Shown here in pieces: positions 13,940 to 27,370 of a stretch of DNA of 64,000 bases. Within the stretch, counting starts at the first letter, position 1, and each line of letters starts with the position of its first letter. The notes beneath the pieces are model-generated. The model saw nothing but the letters and a program-made list of their open reading frames with translations, was not told where the DNA came from and searched no databases. Source of the stretch: Antedon mediterranea (Eukaryota; Animalia; Echinodermata). Made by a program: the position numbers and the translations under genes. The DNA is taken from contig NC_092674.1 in assembly GCF_964355755.1 (NCBI RefSeq), forward strand, positions 13,826,001-13,890,000. Reading direction: 5' to 3'.

Positions 13940-14229
13940 TAGTTTAAAGCCCAGGTGCGGGAGAAGAATTTTACGAAATTTGTATTTTACCATTTTAATG
14001 TTTTTAAGTTTTCTTTTGATGGCATTTTATTATTAATAAAAACAAGTTTGTTTTAAAGAAGTTGTATATATTATTGTACCTAATGTCATGTAAATTGTAG
14101 TTCTTAATGAAAATAACAGTATTGTTAATATTATGTTTTATAACATTCTTGAATTTATTTGTTTAAGTAAACTATTACTTAAAATGAGTATTCATTTATC
14201 GTTCTTAAAATAAATTTTTAATGATTTAT

Positions 14230-16215
14230 ATTTTATAGAATTCTTGTTTCAAGCAATTTTTTTCCCAATATAAGTAAGAATTTACGAATTTTAATTTGAT
14301 AGAATTCTTGTTTCAAGCAATACTTTTCTTAAAATAAGTAAACATTTACTGGTTTTTATTTGATAGACTTCTTGTTTACTTATTTAAAAAAAAGTTTTGC
14401 TTGAAACAAGAATTCTACAAATAAAAATCGGATCTTACTTATTTTAAGAAATATATTGCTTGAAACAAGAAAACTAAAAATATAAATCGGAATATTCTTA
14501 CTTATTTTAAGAAAAATATTGCTTAAAACAAGAATTCTAAAAAATACAAACCGGAATATTTTTACTTATTTTAAGAAAAATATTGCTTGAAACAAGAATT
14601 CTACAAATAAAAATCGGAATATTCTTACTTATTTTAAGAAATATATTGCTTGAAACAAGAATTCAAAAAATACAAATCGGAATATTCTTACTTATTTTAA
14701 GAAAAATATTGCTTGAAACAAGAATTCAAAAAATACAAATCGGAATATTCTTACTTATTTTAAGAAAAATATTGCTTGAAACAAGAATTCAAAAAATACA
14801 AATCGGATATTCTTACTTATTTTAAGAAATATATTGCTTGAAACAAGAATATTAAAATTAAAAATCGGAATATTCTTACTTATTTTAAGAAAAATATTGC
14901 TTAAAACAAGAATTCTAAAAAATACAAATCGGAATATTCTTACTTATTTTAAGAAAAATATTGCTTGAAACAAGAATTCTACAAATAAAAATCGGAATAT
15001 TCTTACTTATTTTAAGAAATATTTTGCTTGAAACAAGAATTCAAAAAATACAAATCGGAATATTCTTACTTATTTTAAGAAAAATATTGCTTGAAACAAG
15101 AATTCAAAAAATACAAATCGGAATATTCTTACTTATTTTAAGAAAAATATTGCTTGAAACAAGAATTCAAAAAATAAAAATCGGAATATTCTTACTTATT
15201 TTAAGAAATATCTTGCTTGAAACAAGAATTCAAAAAAATACAAATCGGAATATTCTTACTTATTTTAAGAAATATATTGCTTGAAACAAGAATTCTATAA
15301 AATACAAATCGGAATATTCTTACTTATTTTAAGAAAAATATTGCTTGAAACAAGAATTCAAAAAATACAAATCGGAATATTCTTACTTATTTTAAGAAAT
15401 ATATTGCTTGAAACAAGAATATTAAAATTAAAAATCGGAATATTCTTACTTATTTTAAGAAAAATATTGCTTAAAACAAGAATTCTAAAAAATACAAATC
15501 GGAATATTCTTACTTATTTTAAGAAAAATATTGCTTGAAACAAGAATTCTACAAATAAAAATCGGAATATTCTTACTTATTTTAAGAAATATTTTGCTTG
15601 AAACAAGAATTCAAAAAATACAAATCGGAATATTCTTACTTATTTTAAGAAAAAAATTGCTTGAAACAAGAATTCAAAAAATACAAATCGGAATATTCTT
15701 ACTTATTTTAAGAAAAATATTGCTTGAAACAAGAATTCAAAAAATACAAATCGGAATATTCTTACTTATTTTAAGAAAAATATTGCTTGAAACAAGAATT
15801 CAAAAAATAAAAATCGGAATATTCTTACTTATTTTAAGAAATATCTTGCTTGAAACAAGAATTCAAAAAAATACAAATCGGAATATTCTTACTTATTTTA
15901 AGAAATATATTGCTTGAAACAAGAATTCTATAAAATACAAATCGGAATATTCTTACTTATTTTAAGAAATATCTTGCTTGAAACAAGAATTCAAAAAAAT
16001 ACAAATCGGAATATTCTTATTTATTTTAAGAAATATATTGCTTGAAACAAGAATTCTATAAAATAAAAATCGGAATATTCTTACTTATTTTAAGAAATAT
16101 ATTGCTTGAAACAAGAATTCAAAAAAATACAAATCGGAATATTCTTACTTATTTTAAGAAAAATATTGCTTGAAACAAGAATTCTATTTTAAAAAATCGA
16201 TAAATTGTTACTTAT
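14230..16215. repeat. Right subterminal array: 63-bp monomers with a 570-bp higher-order repeat
   Basis: Unit ~TTCTTACTTATTTTAAGAAAAATATTGCTTGAAACAAGAATTCAAAAAATACAAATCGGAATA; variant 'attaaaattaaaaatcgg' at 14851 and 15421. Confidence 0.95.
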
Positions 16216-17600
16216 TTTAAGGCAGATACTGCTTAAAACAAGAATGAAAAAAGCAATTAAATTCTTGGTAAGAATATTGTTCTTAAAGTATTATTTCTTG
16301 GTAAGAATAATTTTCTTGATAAGAATTTGTGTGATTCTTGTTAAGAATTTTACGATTCTTGGTAAGCCAAAAAGTATTGAAATACGGACAAGTCAAAATT
16401 TACTTGTTTCAAGAAATATTTTGCTTGAAACAAGTTTTTTTTTTCTTAAAACAAGAATCAGAATTTTGCTGTGTAGTGTTTTTTTTCGTAACGAAAACAA
16501 TGCATTTAATTTGATATTTTTCTTGATAGTATAATATTCAATTGTTTGGTGTATGTCACTGTTATGAGTCCAGGTAAGCACAACTGTGACATCTATTGTC
16601 TATAAACGTCTATAAATTTCAAGTCCTTTATTGTCTGACTTGGTTTTGAATGAAGTTATAGGCCTTCAAATTCAAATGTCAAATGAATACTAATATTGGT
16701 GTCCTTTCTACATGATCTCAAGCTCTTCCGCTAGTCACCTAATCGACCAAAAATATTGGTATGCATACAGAGAGTCATGTCAGGAATAAACAATGTAAGT
16801 CGCTTATTACGAAGATGGACCTATTTCATTATGTAACTGCTGTTGTCACTATGATGTTATTTACGTACATAATTTGTATAATTAATGTTTATCTATTGTG
16901 TAATCACTTATAGAACTTAACTGATTTTAAATCAATGGGAGCTCATCAGTTATATACATTATAATGTTTTCAGATTTGACAAAATAATTAAAACTGATTA
17001 CTTTCCGATTATCAGAAAGCTTAAATGTGTTAATATTTACATAAACAATGGTACGAAGACGTAAACTTACTGTGAGCTTCTGCATTTAATATATACTATT
17101 AAGAGGCTAATTATGGCTATTTCAAATAACAGTTCGGAATAGTTGGATTTTGTTGCTTATATTCGAAATTGTCTTTTATTTCAAACTCACAAAAACGGGC
17201 AATGAAAATGTCGTTATTAAAAACATTATTTTAAGCTTATTCAGTATAGTTAAATTATTCAATTTATTCATTTATTTATATGTGTTGTTCCTTTTTTTTC
17301 TTTTTACTTGGTTAGATAAAACATGTTAGTGATAAAATGCCAATATTCTAGTTAACATTCTTCATTTAATGATAATCCCACAAATTGCACTATTTGTGTA
17401 TACTTAAATAGGTAGCTCTTTTCGTATATTTGTTGCTGTTAGGAAAATAAATATTTCACTTCAAAAACTTTCCAAAAATAGTGGTACACAACAATGACAA
17501 CAAAAAAGAGGGGAAAAAACTCTATTTTACGTTCTTGTTATATAAATATTATGAACGACTGAATTATATAGCACATAATATTTATGTGGGTAACACTTAC

Positions 17601-17699
17601 TTTTGCCTGAAGATCCAATTTAGCACCTTCCTTGAGCAAAATAGTGCAAACATCTGTGTGGCCGTTTCGTGCAGCCACATGTAAAGGTGACGCTCCATC
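17601..17699 (-). CDS. Ankyrin-repeat exon E2
   Basis: TTTCAG| 99 nt |GTAAGT, phase 0/0; DGASPLHVAARNGHTDVCTILLKEGAKLDLQAK. Confidence 0.9.
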
Positions 17700-20600
17700 C
17701 TGAAATATTACAAACATTATGTTATAGTATTTTCTATCTCTAAACAAAGTAGTAAAATATTGTCCTGAAATCAAAACGATGTGATCAATTAAAAATGACG
17801 GTATAGTTTTAAATATTGCTACATAGTTAAATTAAATAAAGAGTATTAGGCCTAACCCTTTTTTTAAAGATAATGTATTGTATACATATACATTTGTATT
17901 TCTTGTAGACCTATAACATTTTTTTATAGTGCTTTATAAATTTATAAAACAAATAAGTGGTTTTTTTTTGGCCTGAAAAGTAAACACTTCATCCGGTAGT
18001 GCTAACTAGTCTGAATGTAAACTGGCAGTTACAGCTAAAATATATCTAGCCTCCAAATTCTGTTCAGGTAACACATTTTGACTGCTAAATTGTTACTATT
18101 GGTTTCATTTTACCGTTACCTGGAGGGTATATTTTTTTTTTAATGTTTTATAACATCAAATGAAAATCTTGATTCATATCCATTTATTGTATCATTTAGC
18201 ATAAAATACATTGTTGCTCTACAGCACAATACAATGCAAAAACAGATAACTGAAAAAACCACGACATATCATTCTCTAACATTCAGTGCCTTAAAGGCAT
18301 ATGGTAACAATGATTACGGATCTATTACGAGAGCTGATGTACCATTTCTTTGAACGTCAAAATAGTGCATTGGATTGGTTGGGTCTTGCAAAATTGAATG
18401 TGTTTCCTCAGTAAAGTCTCTTATAAAAATGAATCAAAATGAGATTTGCTTAATTATAAGTACTGTAGTCCTATACGTGAAGTATAACTAATAATACGTT
18501 CCAGTCAATTTTTACATGTGGTACAGGTAAACTATAAAGAAAGAATAATGAGAATACTTTCAATGACAGATTTATCTGAAAAGAGGCCTAGAAATCAGAT
18601 AGTGGAAGTGGAATGTTACAGGTAGTCAATATAGCCATTATATCCTATTATTCCCTTATGATCACTCTTAAGCCTGGTTGACACATAATTGTTTGCATAG
18701 ACTATACCCCACTTCAAGTATTATTATAAATATATTATATAATATATTATAAATAATAATAAATAATATAATTATAAATAATATATTATAAATATTATAA
18801 TAATTATGACCTATCCACGTTCTATCACCATATTAAATAAGTTGTCATTGTTTAAAGAAAACATTAATCATGATGTTTTTAAAGTGTAATCAGTGCTACT
18901 AAGCGCCTTTGATGTTTACATTGGTAGTTAATTACTGCAATACAAATAACTACTTATCAATATAAGTATATGCAAGTTACTTTTTGGTAACTTAAAATTA
19001 ATTGTCATAAACAGGTTGTTAAATGATACTGGTATGTACTTTTGTGTCTAATTTATCCAAAACAATATTATTTAAATTATAAACTGTTAATATTAAATCA
19101 TTGGACAGTTTGTGTGATATGTGTAATGTACTTCCTAATTAAAAAAAAAATAAGTATGAAAGCAAATATAACAACAGACAAAGGTTACTAGTTTCTCGAA
19201 TAATTGTTGAATTAAACTAAAATTTGAACTCAACCATCATCGTGATGATATCGGGATATCCGCGTTAACGCACACAGTGTAACAAACATCTTGAATAATC
19301 TCATAATCTCATCTCATACTCTATAAACTGAAAACATGTATAGTGCTGAATTATGTCTATTATGTGTCATACAGTACTAAGTGCGAATAACCAATAAAGT
19401 AGTGTTTTTTTTCGTAAAGAAAACAAAGCATTTAATTTGATATTTTTCTTGATAGTATAATATTCAATTGTTTGGTGTATATCACTGTTATGAGTCCAGG
19501 TAAGCACAACTGTGACATCTATTGTCTATAAACGTCTATAAATTTCAAGTCCTTTATTGTCTGACTTCGTTTTGAATGAAGTTATAGGCCTTCAAATTCA
19601 AATGTCAAATGAATACTAATATTGGTGTCCTTTCTACATGATCTCAAACTCTTCCGCTAGTCACCTAATCGACCAAAAATATTGGTATGCATACAGAGAG
19701 TCATGTCAGGAATAAAGAATGTAAGTCGCTTATTACGAAGATGGACCTATTTCATTATGTAACTGCTGTTGTCACTATGATGTTATTTACGTACATAATT
19801 TGTATAATTAATGTTTATCTATTGTGTAATCAGTTATGTTTTCTGATTGAACTTAACTGATTTTAAATCAATGGGAGCTCATCAGTTATATACATTATAA
19901 TGATTTCAGATTTGACAAAATAATTAAAACTGATTACTTTCCGATTATCAGAAAGCTTAAATGTGTTAATATTTACATAAACAATGGTACGAAGACGTAA
20001 ACTTACTGGGAGCTTCTGCATGTAATATACTATTAAGAGGCTAATTATGCCTATTTCAAATAACAGTTCGGAATAGTTGGATTTCGTTGCTTATGTTCGA
20101 AATTGTTTTTTATTTCAAACTCACAAAAACGGGCAATGAAAATTCCGTTATTAAAAACATTATTTAAAGCTTATTCAGTATAGTTAAATTATTCAATTAT
20201 TCATTTATTTATATGTGTTGTTCTATTTGTTTTCTTTTTACTTGGTTAGATAAAACATGTTAGTGATAAAATGCTAATATTCTAGTTAACATTCTTCATT
20301 TAATGATATTCCCACAAATTGCACTGTTTATGTATACTTAAATAGGACGGTAGCTCTTTTTGTATATTAGTTGCTGTTAGGATAATAAATATTTCACTTC
20401 AAAAACTTTCCAAAAATAGTGTTACACAACAATGACAACGTGTCGCCATAAAGCAAATATTCAATTCACATGAATTCAGTACATTATTGTTTTATATTAT
20501 TGTAATTCGATGTTTTCTTCATTTTTACTATTAGTAATGCGAATTATTATCCTATTTGAAAAAAGGGTTTAGTCGAGTCAACTTTAGATCTGCAAGTGAC

Positions 20601-22964
20601 AGAGAAGCTTTTCAGGTGGTGATTGAATCTGAGTTAAATGTTTTTAATAAAGCATTTATTAGATTTTCGTAATACTTTACGTCACCCTTCATAGGTATTA
20701 AAATAAATGTCATTTTAATATGCATTTTCGACTTACAGTATATTCAATATATTTCATTCTTGTGTTTGATTTGTTTAGTCTGTAAATCAACAATGTAATT
20801 ATTATTACTCTGAAAGGGTCTTACGTGACAAGATTTTTTATCTTCTAGTATTGATCCTATTATGGTTTCTTTATATAAATTCTATTTTTATCTTTTTAAT
20901 ATTTGTTTGTTATACTGATCCATTTATGAAATAAATGTTGTTGAATTAAATTGAATGAATATTATTATGAATAGTTTGTCTTGAATGAAGTTTAATTTAA
21001 TTTAATTTGAATTGCATGTTTATTGTATTAACATTTGTCTGTAATTGCAGTATTAATTTGTTTAAAATGAATCTTATGAGTGTTTTACAGAAACAATGGT
21101 ACTTCCTACTAGTAGTAGGACTAGTATTGTCGTGGATGCCATTCCATTTTCAGATTGTTATTTGTAAATTAAAGTGCAATTAACCCAGCAATTGTCATAT
21201 TTCATGAAAATGAGTTGGCAGTAAATGAATAGAAGTTTTAAAAGAAAGTTAAAGAGAGGCGTATGAATGAAGGTGAGCGAATAAGGCTTATTCCACATCT
21301 TTGTGTGTGATTGATGCGTTTATACCTATTATAGACACTGTTATATACATTCTGAAAAAGCATGTTTCATTGTTGCCGACGGATCGATCATGATGTTATG
21401 TATAATACAGGTCATGATTATTGTTATTAAAATAGGAAAATAAACTACTAAATTGTGTTTGTGTTGTACCATATTGTGTTTCAGTTACTGAACAACATTG
21501 TTCTGCTGGTTCTGTTACTTATATATACAACAGTACTTTATAATAATATTGATCAAAATGTGCATATATAGAATACAATTTTGCATTCACATTGATCAAA
21601 GCGATTGACATTATTATTACAATGTAGTATCAGTTAACAATATCTATATATAAATTTACGTAAGGGCAAAATTCGGTAAATCGCGCCTTACTTCTAGAAT
21701 TTTTACTCGATGGTATATAAAGTTGGTTCGTACTTTCGGTACTGATTTTAACCACCTGATGTAACCCTGTTTACTAATTAAATTGAGTTAGATAATTAGT
21801 TATTGACGATTAAAACGAATTTAGGTTCAACGATTTGCCCCAAATAGGGGTGTTTTCCGATCGTGGTATACACTGTCTAATGGATGTCCAACTTGAAAAA
21901 TACCCGCACACAATAATACGAGGACGCTTCGCATTTTCCTATCTCCTCCTACGATAATTGTTTTTAATAGCTGAAAACCGGTTGAACTGCTCGAGTACAG
22001 CATCATAATGTTGAAGACAGGCCGATTTTCTTTAAAAAATACTATTTTGATAGATTTAATTTACGTTTTTACAAATGTATTGATTTGCGATGAATGGAAC
22101 ATTCCAATCTCTCAGTCTGCCAGTTTGGTTTAACACAAGTAGGTAAATGTATGAGCCCTTGGAGAATAAACTTGCAATACTTTGACAATACAGTACTGCA
22201 AATACCTATTAATCATTTTTGGTCGTCATTTTAATCGAACATTTCTTACTGTGAATAGATGTAAAAAAAAAATATACAAACATTTCTTACTGTGAATACT
22301 GTTAGATGTAAAAAAATATATACAGATAAACTTTATTACTGTGATTATGGGTAGGCTCTACTGTTAGATATATAAACACGTAATATACAAATAAACTTTA
22401 TTACTGACAGTTGCTTCTCAATGTTTGCATTAATTAATAATTACAAAAATATAAACGTCGTAGTGGTGTATCGTTACATATACTTTACTATTTCAATCGA
22501 CTATGACAGTGACAGTTTTAAAAAAGTATTAAATCGCAAATGTTTTACTATATTTAGTCACCGTTAGTGGTATATTATTTATAGGCCTATAAAAAATGAA
22601 AACAATATTTCGTTACTGACGTGGATAAAGAATATATTTAAAAATTGTTCCTCTTTGTACCTATCCTCTTTCCCATCCCTCAACCCTAATTGGGTTTCTT
22701 TAAATCAATAAACAATTTGGACTCATTTTGTGGTAAGTTTCTCTTTCGGAAGTAATTCCCAGGGTGCTAATTTTGGTTGACTACATAAATCATTGTGTCT
22801 ACTTATTCGTTTCTGTAAACGACAATGTATTAATAGTCCTGCGGTACGTGCCTTTGAAATCGCCAGATTTTTTACCCTGAAATTACTGTGTATTCGAGAA
22901 CCATCTAGTATATCTCAATTATGTATTGAATGAAATTTAAAATCACTTCATTTTTTAATGATAC

Positions 22965-23320
22965 GTTTCATTTTCATTTCATTTCACATTTATTCAATTA
23001 ATGAAAACTTAAACAATGTAAACAATATAAACAAATAATGATTTCATTAATTTGGATCAGACTTAGAGGCCAAGGCCTGTCTCAGAAAGACCCAACAAAA
23101 CATAAATACAAAATAAAAATGTGTACAAATTAGGTAAAAGTGGCATAATAATAATAATATATTTATGAATGATAATTTTCCAAATAATTAAACTTAATTT
23201 GATGTCTGAATATTTTTGCATTTTCACATTTTTTTAGATTCTCTTTTAAGTTATTCCATAATTTATATTCATTTTAATAATGCTTTTAAATCAAAATTCC
23301 GATTTAACCAGTCTAATTTG
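22965..23320 (-). mobile_element. CR1/L2-group LINE 3' end
   Basis: Minus strand reads KLWNNL, then AATAAA and a (GAAAT)n tail at ~22965-22987. Confidence 0.55.
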
Positions 23321-23370
23321 TGCTGGAGAAAGAGCAGTTCAGAGCACAGGATCGGATAAATGCATGACAA

Positions 23371-23625
23371 TCACCTGGAACTAGTAATTGGATTGTACAG
23401 ACGCCTAGTAATTGGATTGTACAGACGCCTGGTGTCATTCTCACACCGAAGTCCCTTTCTGTTAAAACCATAGGGTCTAGTAAAATCTCGAAGGTACTCT
23501 GACGCTAGATTATCGAGACAATTATGAACATTCAAATGTCTTACGTTGAATTCTACAATGTAAAGGAAGCCAATGAAGCTCAAAGGGAAGTAATACAAAC
23601 TCCGTGTTACATTAGTCCAGTCCAC
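23371..23625 (-). mobile_element. Old L2-like ORF2 C-terminal fragment
   Basis: LHWLPLHCRIQ (alternative frame) followed by VHNCLDNLASEYL...GLR...RLYNP; includes a 24-bp tandem duplication. Confidence 0.5.
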
Positions 23626-23863
23626 AAAGGAACCATTGGCATTAGCGCACGTCGTATTAGCTTAACATTTTCTAATTCTGCATAGACCTCTCGGTCACCC
23701 TCTAGTAAGTGTGGACGATGAACTGTTTAATAAAAAACCTCGGTTACCATATAATTATTGCAATTATTATTTGTAAAATAAACCTAATCTGGTTGTCAGT
23801 GCCATTTTTAGACTAAATAAGATGAGGAATATAACAGTTTAAAGTACCATGGATGCTTATTAT

Positions 23864-24477
23864 TGTAATATAACGATATACTTTTATATTTAAGAAATCG
23901 ACCTTTGTATCGGAATTCAAATAAGTTCACAAACTTGACCCAGAAAGTCCAGAGGAGAGTTTGTCCAGATGTTTTAATGACCATTTAGTTTATAATAGAA
24001 TCCCTAAAGAAAACACTTAGCTTAATTTTGTGACTTTTCCCATCGTTAAACCAGGAGTGATTGACACTATTTAAGTACAGATTTGACAGTGTCATCCATC
24101 ACAGAAATACCTTATTATACCGTTAATCACTCCCACTTAAACACCCCTGGATCAACTTAGGACCAATCGTTACCCTCACAGATTACGTAGTGACATATGC
24201 AAATGAACTGAGCCAATATACTCCCAAGTTTCAGAAGAACCTCTACACCTCACAGCCACTTCTTCAGAAGAACATCTACACCTTACAGCCACTTCTTCAG
24301 AAGCAGACCTACACACTTCACACCTCACCGACAGCATCATTGACCCTCCGTTCCTTATCTATACTTATAGTTGTATATTGTACTGAAGTATTATACTGAA
24401 TAAACAATATATGTGTTACGACAGTCAAGCGAGTCAGAGTCTTCATTAGTACCTCAACAACACAACATTATATTACA
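23864..24477 (+). mobile_element. Solo LTR, Gypsy-like, 614 bp
   Basis: TGTAATATAA...TTATATTACA 10-bp terminal inverted repeat; 4-bp TSD TTAT (23860-23863, 24478-24481); AATAAA at 24399-24404; internal 33-bp tandem repeats at ~24230-24330. Confidence 0.8.
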
Positions 24478-24998
24478 TTATTCAGGGCGGGGTGGTTATT
24501 AGGGGTTGGGGGGTTCATTCGTGAGAGGCGTTTTTTGATAAAATTTCATAATAAAATAAAATCCCCTATATGAACAAACCTGTCGTTAGATAGAAAGAAT
24601 ATTAACACAAAAACTATTTTTTTTTTAACACAACAGAATTTGTATTATCAAGATACTGATTTATGGTGGCCCATCTATTGTCCTTTTGTTGTTTTATATC
24701 CTTTATTACTGTATGTTAATTTCATTGTTATGTATTGCTTTTGCTATGTTTGAGTGTTTAGTAAATGTATTTGTTAGTATGGAGCAAACCTTTAACTAAC
24801 GAAATCTTTTTTTTGTTGCTCCAATTTGCTTTTGCTATTGGTGAATAAAGAAGAATATAAAATACAATTGTATTTAATATAATGATATAGTTAACGATTG
24901 TATCAAAATGATTGGTAAACTGTAGGTATAGCAGTCAATGAATTCTTCCACAAATAGAATTGTGTTTGTAATACAATATTGTGCGTATTAATATAAAC

Positions 24999-27370
24999 TA
25001 GGCTATGAATGAGGTAGGTGCCACCCGGAGATGTAGAAATTCTCATATGACTTTTCTAGACCAGTTTTTTTCTGCGGAATCCAAATATATTGGGTAAACG
25101 GGCTGTAACCTGAGAACTTTCGCGTGAGGGCGCTTTTTTTAAATGGCTGCCAGTTACAGTAGACTATGATATCTTGGCAACCACTAATCATAGTTCCTTT
25201 TTGATGTAATATAATTTTGTCCGAAAATGGCCGGATATACCTCTATTGACCTTTGACCCAATATCTAACAGATATCATATCTCCGTAACTACTCGACACA
25301 AAAAGTTGCAATTGGTGTCAAACTGTCCAGAATATAGATGTTTATATTCAAACTAATAGAACATTATCTGTAAAAATGACCGAAAATAACGTTACTGACC
25401 TTTGACCCAAAATGCAAGACATTTCTCCTATCTGATCACGTTTGGTAATATCTTGTCAATTAATTCATTTTGTGCCAATTGGAGGTTGACATTCTCATAT
25501 TATTTTCTGGACCAGTTTTTCATGTGCAATCCGAATATATATAGATAAATAAGCCATAACAAGGCCAATAATTTAATTCTTTTACTACATACATGCTTCC
25601 CGTTAGTGTTTCAGTCTGTATGTCGTGTATTAATCTTCAAGATCGCTCACATCACTGCAATCTGAAAAGTCTTCATATTCATTATGTGTAAACAGTTCCT
25701 GGACATCTGCGGGCATCACTGTCTCAATCCATTTAGGCTCTATTTGTTCATTCCATCCATTGTGTGTACTGTTGTTGACAAAATCATTGACGTCTACTGA
25801 TTGCCATTCTTTAACAATGAAGTTTGCTCTTAGTATATGAAACTCAAGGGTCTGCTGACATGGTGTCAGTAATGATATATCTGTAAACATGTTGTGTCTG
25901 GAAAACGTTCTGTTGAAGATATCATATCTTGCTTGATTTACACTTTTCCCCTTCACTCCATACAAAGTGAAACATACTCTTCAAGTTCCTCATACAACTC
26001 TTTTGATGGAACATCTGACACTCCAAGGTTGCAGAATGTGTCAACAAATTTTGCTTTTGATTCAAGAAGCTTCCAGAAGGTACGTTTTCCTTTCCGAAAG
26101 AAAGCGGAGTTATAATCGTTACCTGTGAAAGCATGGAATCCAATAAGGGATGATTTATGCGCTTTTGTTTGACACTAGTACACAGCGAATACGCTCAATC
26201 AATCTGGTCTTGTTTTTGCCGTTGGCAAGGAAATTGTTGAATTCACGGGGCAACTTTGATATTGTTGAGCTTACAATTATTACCTTTGGTGCAATACCGC
26301 GTCTGTTTCTCTCAACAGACTTAATGCTTTTTGGCAAGTATGCATCGGCAACAATATCAACACGCTTGTATCCTTTAGGGATGCTGTTGAAAACCTTTGC
26401 TGCAGGATCCTCGTACGTATCAGGGTAAGATGTAAATGTTCTGATTAATGTCATCAAGTCAACAACATAGGCAATGACAGTAGCCTTTGCTGGCAGTTCT
26501 CGACCAGGATCCATAACATCTTAACTTTTTTCGATGAGAATTTCCATTAGGACACTTTTCTGAGTTGTTCGTCTTGTCCCATCTGCATTAGCCAGGCTTA
26601 GCTGTACAGGGGTAAGTGGATACTCAAAAGCTTTCTTAAAGTCAATTATTCTACCATGCTTTGTTGAGGTGGTAAGAAGCTTTCCTAAAACATCCCGATT
26701 AGCTTCTATTAGTTTTACTTTCCCATTTGCCTTAATTTCGAGTTTCTTCACACTATTGTTTAGGTGGCAAGAAGCTTTCCTAAAACATCCCGATTAGCTT
26801 CTATTACTTTTACTTTCCCATTTGCCTTAATTTTGAGTTTCTTCCCACTATTCGAAAATAAAGTGAGCTTGTTGCGCTTAATAGAGCCATGGAATTTCAC
26901 TTTATTTGTTCACGTTGACTCAAGCCTTTCCTTTACAAATCTTTCATGGACTGACTTGCCATTTTACAGGACTTTAAATATTTGAATATAAACATCTATA
27001 TTCTGGAGAGTTTGACACCAATTACAACTTTCTGTGTCGAGTAGTTACGGAGATATGATATCTGTTGGATATTGGGTCAAAGGTCAATAGAGGTATTTCC
27101 GGCCATTTTCGGACAAAATGTGCTATTACATCAAATAGGAACATGTACATTCCGAACAAGTTGACACCGTAATTAACTCTCTATGACCAGTGGTTGCCAA
27201 GATATCATAGTCTACTGTAACTGGAGGCCATTTTAAAAAAAAAGCACCCTCACGCGAAAGTACAGCCCGTTTACCCAATATATTTGGATTCCCCAGAAAA
27301 AACTGGTCTAGAAAAGTCATATGAGAATTTCTACCTCTCCGGGTGGCACCTATACCTCATTCATAGTTTC
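24999..27370 (-). mobile_element. Academ (AcademX-type) DNA transposon, deletion derivative
   Basis: Long TIRs (24999-25351 and 26981-~27370), left terminus TAG, internal XPG/FEN1-like coding remnants. Right terminus decayed and no TSD found. Confidence 0.72.
25630..26960 (-). pseudogene. AcademX transposase C-terminal (XPG/H3TH-like) fragments
   Basis: YPLTPVQLSLANADG...RVDIVADAYLPKSIKSVER...NFLANGKNK...GFHAFTGNDYNSAFFRKGK...PCQQTLEFHILRANF; broken by frameshifts, a deletion and a ~90-bp duplication. Confidence 0.72.

Larger units (their letters stand above)
8425..16473. mobile_element. EnSpm/CACTA (CMC) DNA transposon, non-autonomous deletion derivative, 8049 bp
   Basis: Perfect 12-bp TIR CACAGCAAAATT/AATTTTGCTGTG; 2-bp TSD TA (8423-8424, 16474-16475); empty site at ~19400; long subterminal repeat arrays; internal transposase and accessory-gene remnants. 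Confidence 0.88.
6575..17520. repeat. Short-form ankyrin module (~3.1 kb without the EnSpm insert); sister copy 17700-20440
   Basis: 6575-8424 joined to 16476-17520 is colinear with 17700-20440; the empty site 'ccaataaagTAgtgttttt' lies at 19391-19410. Confidence 0.93.

Noticed and set aside
8425-16473. ProtoRAG/Transib interpretation of the CACAG-ended two-gene element
   Set aside because: TSD is 2 bp rather than 5, genes are head-to-head, no RAG1/RAG2-like motifs; features fit EnSpm.
14583-16534. 21-aa-period repeat ORFs
   Set aside because: Artefacts of the 63-bp subterminal array; frames break at single-base indels.
21642-22910. Possible Helitron (TCTATATATAAA start, CTAG at ~22905)
   Set aside because: No convincing 3' hairpin and no empty site to define boundaries.
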